64,000 bases of DNA from positions 8,580 to 72,579 of the forward strand of contig JABAAH010000008.1 in the NCBI GenBank assembly GCA_014238855.1. The letters run 5' to 3'. Shown piece by piece: positions 56,109 to 64,000 of this stretch (its first letter is position 1; every line of letters starts with the position of its first letter). Made by a program: the position numbers and the translations under genes. Origin of the DNA: Planctomycetota bacterium (GTDB lineage Bacteria; Planctomycetota; Planctomycetia; Pirellulales; UBA1268). Under the pieces are notes generated by a model. It was not told where the DNA came from and searched no databases. It worked only from the letters and a program-made list of their open reading frames with translations.

Positions 56109-57143
56109 TCATGGGAGTCGTAACTCTGTACCAGGGACAAGTAAAGCGGGGTTACGCAATCGATCGCGGTTCGCGTTAAAAATCGAGTGCGCCATGTCCG
56201 CATTGCCATACACCCGTTGAGCAAGTGAAGCCAACGTCTCACCGGGGGCCACACGGATCGTACCGCGACTCTGGGTGGCAATCGTTTTTCCAGGACGAAT
56301 TGAATGGAGTTCTGGTGCATGCCCAAGCCACGGATTATCTGTGCTTTGATTCTGTGTGGACTCGTGTTTTTTCACGAAGGAATCACTCTGCATTGACGTT
56401 GCGTGAACTGAAGCCATGGGCACTTCCATACGAGGCGACTCAACTGGCTCAATCCGATAAGCATCCCCGTGTGCAGAACTTTTACCAAAGACACGCCATG
56501 CGGGAGGCACGACCATCTCAAATCCAATTGGTAGAACTTCCGGACTAGACAACCGATTAGCATTGACCTGCCACAGCGCTGTTGCCGCACGAGGGTGCCC
56601 ATACAATCGTGTGGCAATTCCTGTTAGGTCATCCCCATCCTGCACACGGTAAGTCTCAGGAATGGAATTTGGTACATGCCTACGTGGGCCTCCACTTTTC
56701 CCCGTAGTTTGCTCCATCCGGTATTTTGACACATCCTGCGAGCCATCCAAAAGAGGCGGTGGTGGCATTTCAACGGTTGTCCTGTATGCCCCATACAAAT
56801 CCGGAGGCGCATTACCCAGGGAATGCTTTGGCATTCTCTCTGGGAATTCCGTTGGTACCTCGGAAGATATTGATGTTCCCTTCAGTGGGCTCAATGATGA
56901 ACCTAATGAATCATATGTATATTGAACTGGCCCCTCTTCAGAAACTGATCCAGGGACGGTGAAGGCATGTCTTGCCGACTCTGATGTACTTCCTTGGAAA
57001 GTTCGGCGCACCTGCCCAGGAGGAACTGGCCCACTGGTTAACGCACTCAATACTGAGCTAATCAGCGGGGCTGCAACAAAGCCCCCGGCTATTACCATTC
57101 CTAGCCCGACAAGAAACCGAAAAACTTGAACAAGACTTGTCAT
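56109..57143 (-). CDS. membrane-anchored protein with two LysM peptidoglycan-binding domains
   Basis: LysM-like blocks: YRVQDGDDLTGIATRLYGHPRAATALWQVNANRL and IRVAPGETLASLAQRVYGNADMAHSIFNANRDRLRNPALLVPGTELRLP. There is an N-terminal TM. Confidence 0.75.
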   Translation of the reverse strand: MTSLVQVFRFLVGLGMVIAGGFVAAPLISSVLSALTSGPVPPGQVRRTFQGSTSESARHAFTVPGSVSEEGPVQYTYDSLGSSLSPLKGTSISSEVPTEFPERMPKHSLGNAPPDLYGAYRTTVEMPPPPLLDGSQDVSKYRMEQTTGKSGGPRRHVPNSIPETYRVQDGDDLTGIATRLYGHPRAATALWQVNANRLSSPEVLPIGFEMVVPPAWRVFGKSSAHGDAYRIEPVESPRMEVPMASVHATSMQSDSFVKKHESTQNQSTDNPWLGHAPELHSIRPGKTIATQSRGTIRVAPGETLASLAQRVYGNADMAHSIFNANRDRLRNPALLVPGTELRLP

Positions 57144-57291
57144 ACGTTCACCACTTAGATGCCGAGAAACGCATCATGCAGGCACGACTTGGCCCACACA
57201 ATTGCTGCATCCTTGCAAAGAATTACCTACACTCGATCGCGCACTCCAAACGCACTACAAATATGCATCATTTTTATCGGCATGCGATTAT

Positions 57292-57321
57292 GAAGACTAA
57301 TTTCTCAAAGAATTAGTCTTC
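57292..57321. repeat. perfect 11-bp inverted repeat (gaagactaatt - 8 nt - aattagtcttc) downstream of secDF
   Basis: Read directly. It has no flanking T/A tract, so it is only weakly terminator-like. Confidence 0.8.
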
Positions 57322-57379
57322 ACGAGGCTTCTCAAGCGGCCCGAATAACCAGCATGAACCGTAAGGATTCCCAGAAAGA

Positions 57380-60283
57380 TCATTGCGCTGGCTTTGCAAG
57401 AACCTGACGTTTTGCAGATGTCGCACCTACCACATTACCTTGCAACCAAAGCACAATTGGTGAAGCGATCACGATTGTGCTGTAAGTACCACTAATAATT
57501 CCTATGAGAATTGCAAAGGCAAAGGCATGAATGCCTTGTCCCCCCAAACAGTAAAGGATGATAGCAGCCAGCAAAGCTGTACCCGACGTCAAGATTGTTC
57601 GGCTCAATGTTTGATTGATTGCTCGATCAACCATTTCCTCCGAAACAGTTGAACTCTTCCCTCGTATTTCTCTCATTCTGTCAAAAATGACAATCGTGTC
57701 ATTGATCGAGAACCCTACAATGGTGAGCAGTGCAGCAACAACATCTAGGCTAATCTTAAAGTCATCGACAAGTGCCCAACCCAAATACGGAGCAACAAAA
57801 ACGCTCAGAGCGATGCAGCCTATTGTCACAAGAACATCATGAAGCAATGCAACTACCGCTGCTAATCCAAACGCCACGTTCTGAAAACGCAGCCATACAT
57901 ACGCGACAATCATCACAAGGCTTGCCAAAAGAGCATAAACAGCCGTCACTTTTGTATTACCAGCGACTTTCCCACCAATCCGATTTGCTGAGAGATAAAT
58001 TGGAGTGCTCGCTAACTGACTTGCGACCTGCTCTAACACCTCACGGGTTGATTCTGGGGCAAGCGCTGTCGATAACGACCATGTGCGATACGGCTTCGTC
58101 CGTGTTTGCATCACCGGCGATGTCAATTCGAAGGCAACACCTTCGTGACCAGCGTTCTTAAAAGCTTGCTCGATAGTTTCCTGTAACGTTACCTGATTTA
58201 TTTTCTGCGGAAAATCCAACTCCACGGCTGTACTTAGTGATTCAAGCGACTGAGGGCGTTCGCTCCCACCCGTGTCGCTACCGGCTTCACCTTCACTATC
58301 CTCAGCAGCCTTTGACTCTCCAGAAGGTTTATTGGCAGTCGACACAATTTCACCAAACCCCATTGAGTACGTCGCAAGCCTCCCTGGAAATGCGCTACGA
58401 AGTGTTTCCTCAACCACTTCCGAACTACGTTCCGAAGAATCGATCTTATATCGCAAGTTTGGTGCAACATCGCCAACCGTTACTGAACTCACGGCAACGT
58501 CCGGCAATCCAGAAACAGCCTCGCGTACAGACGAAATATCTAGTCCTTGATCATCCTTAAACGCTACTTGGACACTTGTTCCACCAGTAAAATCAATATC
58601 AAAAATTCCTTGTCCTCGCTGCCATACTGCAACTAGGCCCACTGAAATGAAGAGCAACGACATAACAACTGCAGGTCGCACCCATCGAACGAAAGCATAA
58701 TTTGTCTTGCCAAAGAGGCGGGCCATTGAAAGCTTTTTCAGCAGACGTTTCTTCTCAGCGATATCAAAAATAACTCGTGAACAAAAAACAGCCGTAAACA
58801 AATTAAGAGAGAGGCCAAGAATCAAGGTGACCGCAAAACCCTTGAGTTGATCTGTACCAATTGAAAACAGCACGATACCTGTAATGAGCGTTGTTAGATT
58901 AGAGTCAACAATTGTTGAGAAGGCCCTTTGAAAACCATTTCGAATAGCCATTCGAACAGATGCGCCACGGTCCAACTCTTCTCGCATTCGCTCATAAATC
59001 AACACATTTGCATCGACCGCCATTCCCACAGAAAGCACAAGGCCAGCTAATCCAGCCAATGTGAAGGCAGCCTTAATGGAGATCATTAGTGCCACAACCA
59101 AGATAATATTTAGTACCACAGCTAAATCAGCCACAAGGCCCGAGAATCTGTAATACATGAGCATGAATGTCAGAACAACTATTGTCGCCAGCAACATTGC
59201 CTGAGCACCGGAGCGAATCGTATCTGCTCCTAGCTGGGGACTAATTTTCTGCTCACTAATTGGCTCACTGTACAAAGCGGCTGGCAAACTGCCAGCATTT
59301 AATACACCAACCAAGAACTCGACATCTGCCTGCTTAAAGCTTCCAGTAATCTGCCCATCACTTGAAATTGTACTTCGAATAGTCGGAGCTGACAGCAGCA
59401 CGCCATCGAGAACAATACCAAGGCGACTTAGCAAACGGTTCGCCGGGTCTGGTAAGTTCTGGCTTGTAAGCGTTCCAAAAAGCGCTGCCCCCTGTGAATT
59501 AAAGGAAAAGTTCACACAAGGCTGTAAATTTTGGTCATACCCACCCGAAGCCCGTGATAAAAAATCGCCCGTCACGTCAAAACGGTCAAGGGCCACAAGG
59601 ACTTCGGGGGTTCCGTTACCGGTTTCTCGTATCACCAACGTCGTATCGCCGGCTGGATTAATTTTCTGGGTATCAAGTTCTATCCATCTACCTACTGATC
59701 GATCTCCTGAACTTACGAGGCTCCCAGAAGAAGTGGTTGCCTTCTCAACGAGGTCTTTATGCCGTGGATCCTGTGGATTTGCGACTATTCGAAACTCCAG
59801 CACTCCAGCACTCGAGACGATTCGCTTAATGAATTCGACTTCAGCCTGATCAACCTCAGGCACAATAACTTCGAGTTGATTAAAGCCATACTGGCGAACA
59901 GTTACCTCTTTTTGTCCACCTGGGTTTACTCGACGACTCACAGCAGCAACGAGTTTATCCATGCTTACGCCACCCTCTGGCTGTTTATCAGCATCAATTT
60001 CGTAGACAAGTATCACGCCTCCTTTGAGATCAATACCCATCCGTGGTGGCCAACCAAGAGCGGTCACCACGAGGCCTGCTGAAAGCGCCACGAGGACAAT
60101 CGACAAACGTCCCCAGAGGCCACTTGTTTTCAGTTGCCTCGTTACAAGCCAGGCCAGAAATGTTGGCACAAGAACAATAGCGAGTGTCAGTACCCAGACT
60201 GCCCACGACTCTTTCCACCACGCTCCAGAGGCGTTCTCTGCTACTTGAGCAAGCAATCCGAACCAGCCATCCATGCCATTCAT
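57380..60283 (-). CDS. secDF: fused protein translocase subunit SecDF
   Basis: 967 aa. The SecD-like half has a large periplasmic domain and 6 TM (ERMREELDRG, VDANVLIYERM). The SecF-like half includes INDTIVIFDRMRE. Confidence 0.95.
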   Translation of the reverse strand: MNGMDGWFGLLAQVAENASGAWWKESWAVWVLTLAIVLVPTFLAWLVTRQLKTSGLWGRLSIVLVALSAGLVVTALGWPPRMGIDLKGGVILVYEIDADKQPEGGVSMDKLVAAVSRRVNPGGQKEVTVRQYGFNQLEVIVPEVDQAEVEFIKRIVSSAGVLEFRIVANPQDPRHKDLVEKATTSSGSLVSSGDRSVGRWIELDTQKINPAGDTTLVIRETGNGTPEVLVALDRFDVTGDFLSRASGGYDQNLQPCVNFSFNSQGAALFGTLTSQNLPDPANRLLSRLGIVLDGVLLSAPTIRSTISSDGQITGSFKQADVEFLVGVLNAGSLPAALYSEPISEQKISPQLGADTIRSGAQAMLLATIVVLTFMLMYYRFSGLVADLAVVLNIILVVALMISIKAAFTLAGLAGLVLSVGMAVDANVLIYERMREELDRGASVRMAIRNGFQRAFSTIVDSNLTTLITGIVLFSIGTDQLKGFAVTLILGLSLNLFTAVFCSRVIFDIAEKKRLLKKLSMARLFGKTNYAFVRWVRPAVVMSLLFISVGLVAVWQRGQGIFDIDFTGGTSVQVAFKDDQGLDISSVREAVSGLPDVAVSSVTVGDVAPNLRYKIDSSERSSEVVEETLRSAFPGRLATYSMGFGEIVSTANKPSGESKAAEDSEGEAGSDTGGSERPQSLESLSTAVELDFPQKINQVTLQETIEQAFKNAGHEGVAFELTSPVMQTRTKPYRTWSLSTALAPESTREVLEQVASQLASTPIYLSANRIGGKVAGNTKVTAVYALLASLVMIVAYVWLRFQNVAFGLAAVVALLHDVLVTIGCIALSVFVAPYLGWALVDDFKISLDVVAALLTIVGFSINDTIVIFDRMREIRGKSSTVSEEMVDRAINQTLSRTILTSGTALLAAIILYCLGGQGIHAFAFAILIGIISGTYSTIVIASPIVLWLQGNVVGATSAKRQVLAKPAQ

Positions 60284-60334
60284 CTCAATCTTCTTTCATC
60301 AAAAGTTTAATCAACAACGTGAGCCACGTGGGCA

Positions 60335-60712
60335 TCATGCCCCAGCGCTAGCTGCTTTTTCATCATCAGAATCAGTGAGCACTCGATTTATACTGGCCAA
60401 TGTAAATGTAATTTTCGTATTGGAACTTTCATCAACCTTAAGAACTATTCGATCCTGCTCCCTATCTACATTCGAAACTGTGCCAATAATTCCAGACGCC
60501 GTGATAACACGATCATTCTTTTTAACATCATTGAGAATTTCGCGTTGTTTCCGCATGCGTTCTCTTTCAGGTCGGTATAAAAGAAACCATGCCGCAACAA
60601 CGATAAGAACCATCGGGAAATACGTGATCAATAATTCCAAGGGGCCCGCAGGGGGTTTCGAATCAGCAGCAAAAAGCTGCAACGCAATTACTGAATAGAT
60701 GAAGATTTGCAT
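60335..60712 (-). CDS. yajC: preprotein translocase subunit YajC
   Basis: It has a single TM plus FLLYRPERERMRKQREILNDVKKNDRVITASGIIGTV. It lies between tgt and secDF, as in the classical operon. Confidence 0.85.
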   Translation of the reverse strand: MQIFIYSVIALQLFAADSKPPAGPLELLITYFPMVLIVVAAWFLLYRPERERMRKQREILNDVKKNDRVITASGIIGTVSNVDREQDRIVLKVDESSNTKITFTLASINRVLTDSDDEKAASAGA

Positions 60713-60851
60713 AAAGCGTACTCGGGGCTAAGTGAGGCCAAAACACTCCGCTGAAAAGTGCAAATGTAGTTTCCCACCGTTCTAATGGACAAGGCCGAAT
60801 GCAGATGGCCGGGGCACAGGCCAACTCCACACCACCATGAGCAAGATAGCC

Positions 60852-61958
60852 TCAATTCATACGAGCGAGAATATCTGCCCGGGCCGCCTCAAATTGGTCG
60901 GCAACAATGGCTTTACGAAGATGCTTCATGAGTCGCTGATAAAAGGTAAGGTTATGGATAGAAGCCAAAACTGGACCGAGCATCTCCCCAGAAAGGAAGA
61001 GATGCCGCAGGTAGGCTCTACTATGACGACACGCAATGCATGGACAATCGTTTTCAACAGGTCGCTGATCTCTCAGATATTGAGAATTTCTTAACCGCAA
61101 CGGACCATCGAACGTGTAAAGAAGTGCATTACGACCACAACGTGTTGGTAAAACACAGTCAAACATATCGATCCCCACTGCAACTGCGTTCACGATATCT
61201 TCCGGCTTACCAACACCCATAAGATAACGCGGCTTGTCCTTTGGTAAATGTGGGACTGTCACCTGAAGGGTCGAGGCCATTGCCTCTGGACCCTCCCCCA
61301 CTGACAGCCCACCAACTGCAAAACCTTCAAACGGTAGTGACCGAAGATGCTGAGCGCTTGCTGCCCGCAATTCAGGATCGAGACCTCCCTGCACAATACC
61401 AAACATTGCCTGATCTGATTTTTGGCGAGCCTTAAGGCAACGCTCACCCCATGAGAGAGATCTCTCCATTGCCTCAACAACGTCATTTCGTGCCGCCGGG
61501 AGACCAATTACATGGTCAAGTTGCATTGCTATATCAGCTCCAAGTAATTCTTGAATAGCAACTGCTTTCTCAGGAGTCAGATCTACCCGAGAGCCGTCAA
61601 GATGTGACCGAAACGTTGCTCCGTGATCAGTTACCTTAACCTGCTGAGCAAGACTGAAGACTTGGTAGCCACCGCTATCTGTTAAGGTCGGGCCTGACCA
61701 TCCCATGAAGGCTCCTACGCCACCGGCCTCAGATACTAATTCTTCACCTGGACGAAGATGCAAATGGTATGTATTGGCCAGTAGCGTTGTGGCACCAGTT
61801 TCGGCAACACGACCGATATCTACCCCTTTTACTGAAGCGAGTGTCGCTACCGGCATAAAAAGTGGTGTCTGCACATGCCCATGCGGAGTGGTAAGAACAC
61901 CCGCCCGTGAACCGGACGAATGAGCCACCTCAACACGAAAACCAAAGCCGTCACTCAA
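60852..61958 (-). CDS. tgt: queuine tRNA-ribosyltransferase
   Basis: TTG start. Motifs: LANTYHLHLRPG, TDSGGYQVFSL, VGGLSVGE, and the zinc site CPCIACRHSRAYLRHL. Confidence 0.9.
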   Translation of the reverse strand: MSDGFGFRVEVAHSSGSRAGVLTTPHGHVQTPLFMPVATLASVKGVDIGRVAETGATTLLANTYHLHLRPGEELVSEAGGVGAFMGWSGPTLTDSGGYQVFSLAQQVKVTDHGATFRSHLDGSRVDLTPEKAVAIQELLGADIAMQLDHVIGLPAARNDVVEAMERSLSWGERCLKARQKSDQAMFGIVQGGLDPELRAASAQHLRSLPFEGFAVGGLSVGEGPEAMASTLQVTVPHLPKDKPRYLMGVGKPEDIVNAVAVGIDMFDCVLPTRCGRNALLYTFDGPLRLRNSQYLRDQRPVENDCPCIACRHSRAYLRHLFLSGEMLGPVLASIHNLTFYQRLMKHLRKAIVADQFEAARADILARMN

Positions 61959-64000
61959 AAGATGCCGAACGCCTCAAGGCTATATCTGACCACGAGCCCC
62001 GCAGCCACCACGCTTACCATACTCATAAGCTTCACAAGAATATTGAGGCTCGGGCCGCTTGTATCCTTGAAGGGATCACCGACCGTGTCACCGACAATCG
62101 CTGCCTTATGGGCATCGGTACCCTTACCTCCGTGCACACCGCTTTCAATATATTTTTTGGCGTTGTCCCATGCTCCGCCTGCATTGGCCATGAAGACAGC
62201 AAGGCAGAAACCTGTGGTAAGACTACCAACAAGTAGACCCATGACGCCACCGACTCCAAGGAGCAAGCCGGTTACAACTGGAGCCAGCAATGCGAGCAAA
62301 GAAGGCAGCACCATCTCTCTTTGCGCCGCCTTCGTACTAATGGCGACCGGTGTGGCATAATCAGGTTTTTCAGTACCCGCCATAATCCCAGGCTTCTCCC
62401 GAAATTGGCGACGAACTTCTTCGACCATGCCCTTAGCTGCACGGCCTACGGCTTTCATTGTGAGTGCACAAAACACAAACGTACTCATCGCACCGAGAAA
62501 CATACCGACAAGCACCTTCGGATTCATCAGTGTTACGTCATAGAAACGCATAAAGTCAGCCATTCTTGCTGCTCGTATCTCAACGAGGTCATGCGCTGTC
62601 TGGAGCGATTTTGTCTCAGGCATTTTCTGTATGACAGAACCGCTTGGAAGCTGTTTGTAATCGGGAATAGCTTTAAGGAGTTGTCGATTATCAACAAGAA
62701 GCCATGTTTGATTTTCGACAGGTGTTGCACCAGCTTTCACGAGCACCTTGTCTGACACCTTCACCCAGGACCCAGTCTGTGCAGCTCCACTCTCAGTGAC
62801 CGTAACAGCTGACTCGCCCCATCTTTCGAATCCAATTCGGACTTCCTCGACATAAGCCGCCAGCAGCGCCAAAGCAGTCAAGGCAGCTGAACCGATTGCA
62901 AACCCTTTCCCCGTTGCCGCTGTTGTGTTCCCAAGAGCATCGAGGGCATCAGTTCGCTCTCGCACAAACTCTGGCATCCCTGCCATCTGGGCATTACCTC
63001 CTGCGTTATCAGCGATTGGGCCATAGGCATCAGTTGCAAGAGTAATGCCTAGCGTAGAAAGCATGCCGACAGCTGCAATCCCTACACCATAAAGCCCGAG
63101 CGCAAAATCACCTGGGTCAGCATAACTAAAATTATTTGCAAATCCGAAAGCCAGTAGTGTAGCCAAGCCAGTAACCATCACTGGAGCCCACACCGAGAGC
63201 ATTCCTTCGGCAACACCACCAATAATGATCGTGGCCGGCCCGGTCAAAGCTTGATCGGCGAGTTCTTTTGTTGGGGCGAACTCATTACTTGTTGAATACT
63301 CCGTCCATTTCCCAATAAGCCAACCTGCTACCAGACCTACAATCACACTCATACCAACACCGATATGAGACCACCCGAGTAACAAGAACGTGAGCACAAC
63401 AGCTGCCCCAACGATTGCAAGCGTCGAAAGATTAATACCACGCGCTAATGCTGCTAGAAGAGACCTTTGTGACGCATCTTCTTGCGTCTTGACCTGCCAA
63501 ATCCCCCAGACAGACAGACCAATACCTGCAGCGGCGATCATAATTGGCAAGAAGAGTGCTCTGAGTTGCATGAAGTAGTCGGCTTCCGTGGCGCCAGCAA
63601 ATGCAGCAACACCCAGTGCCGCGGTAGCGAGAATGCTCCCGCAATAGCTTTCATACAAATCGGCCCCCATGCCGGCTACGTCACCAACGTTATCACCAAC
63701 ATTGTCAGCAATTGTTGCTGGGTTACGAGCATCATCTTCTGGAATATCCTGCTCAACTTTACCAACAAGGTCAGCACCAACATCTGCTGCTTTGGTGAAG
63801 ATACCCCCTCCAACACGGGCAAACAGCGCTTGCGAACTCGCTCCCATTCCAAAACACAGCATAGTGACTGTAATTTCTTCAAGTGACAGTGGCGATGAAA
63901 ATAGTGGAACGACCCAGTACAAAATAAAGAACCACACAACAATATCGAGCAAGCCGAGGCCAACCACCGTGAGCCCCATCACAGCACCTGAACGAAATGC
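61955..64000 (-). CDS. hppA: membrane-bound pyrophosphatase (K+-dependent-type H+/Na+-PPase), 5' end beyond the right edge
   Basis: Motifs: DNVGDNVGDVAGMGADL, GNTTAATGKGFAIGSAAL, VGDTVGDPFKDTSGPSLNIL. The reading frame continues upstream of the track start (..AFRSGAVMGLT..) to position 64000. Confidence 0.9.
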   Translation of the reverse strand, partial: AFRSGAVMGLTVVGLGLLDIVVWFFILYWVVPLFSSPLSLEEITVTMLCFGMGASSQALFARVGGGIFTKAADVGADLVGKVEQDIPEDDARNPATIADNVGDNVGDVAGMGADLYESYCGSILATAALGVAAFAGATEADYFMQLRALFLPIMIAAAGIGLSVWGIWQVKTQEDASQRSLLAALARGINLSTLAIVGAAVVLTFLLLGWSHIGVGMSVIVGLVAGWLIGKWTEYSTSNEFAPTKELADQALTGPATIIIGGVAEGMLSVWAPVMVTGLATLLAFGFANNFSYADPGDFALGLYGVGIAAVGMLSTLGITLATDAYGPIADNAGGNAQMAGMPEFVRERTDALDALGNTTAATGKGFAIGSAALTALALLAAYVEEVRIGFERWGESAVTVTESGAAQTGSWVKVSDKVLVKAGATPVENQTWLLVDNRQLLKAIPDYKQLPSGSVIQKMPETKSLQTAHDLVEIRAARMADFMRFYDVTLMNPKVLVGMFLGAMSTFVFCALTMKAVGRAAKGMVEEVRRQFREKPGIMAGTEKPDYATPVAISTKAAQREMVLPSLLALLAPVVTGLLLGVGGVMGLLVGSLTTGFCLAVFMANAGGAWDNAKKYIESGVHGGKGTDAHKAAIVGDTVGDPFKDTSGPSLNILVKLMSMVSVVAAGLVVRYSLEAFGIF

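Noticed and set aside
1-64000. Mobile elements, prophage, tRNA or rRNA genes
   Set aside because: I saw no transposase, integrase, phage structural motifs, terminal inverted repeats flanking a gene, or tRNA-like cloverleaf sequences. Scanning by eye is imperfect, so tRNAscan-SE, Infernal and ISEScan should confirm this.

Overview
This 64-kb window is a dense chromosomal core region with about 45 protein genes. By eye I found no rRNA, tRNA, CRISPR array, transposase or integrase.

Most genes are recognisable housekeeping functions:
- protein export: secA, and hppA-tgt-yajC-secDF
- envelope: waaA, dapF, an S41 protease, an HtrA-like protease, and DUF374, AsmA-like, LysM and vWA proteins
- cofactor, isoprenoid and nucleotide metabolism: metK, trpD, xseA-xseB-ispA-dxs-nadK, cbiX, a nucleoside hydrolase, and two NDP-sugar pyrophosphorylases
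- replication, repair and translation: dnaA, ruvX, tilS

The protein styles suggest a Planctomycetota-like genome. These include an 1180-aa SecA, a fused SecDF, an FHA-GAF-HTH regulator, many signal-anchored unknown envelope proteins, and frequent GTG/TTG starts. This is inference only and I cannot verify it here.

The observations I consider most worth follow-up:
1. A three-gene lux-type carboxylate-reduction cassette at 2.5-6.4 kb: an adenylating enzyme, a Glu-less ALDH/LuxC-like reductase and an Fe-ADH. A secreted beta-propeller gene follows it.
2. An SNF2 helicase cut by the left edge, missing from the ORF track, with a tightly linked unknown partner gene.
3. A 914-bp gene-free, structure-rich gap at 13.2-14.1 kb that ends in iteron-like repeats.
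4. A dnaA locus with no dnaN neighbour. Gene orientation converges on it rather than diverging, which is the opposite of a classical origin.
5. Several short tandem or inverted repeats and one clean intrinsic terminator between ispA and dxs.

I cannot point to a clearly defined novel system with confidence. The cassette at 2.5-7.6 kb and the edge-truncated SNF2 pair are the best candidates.
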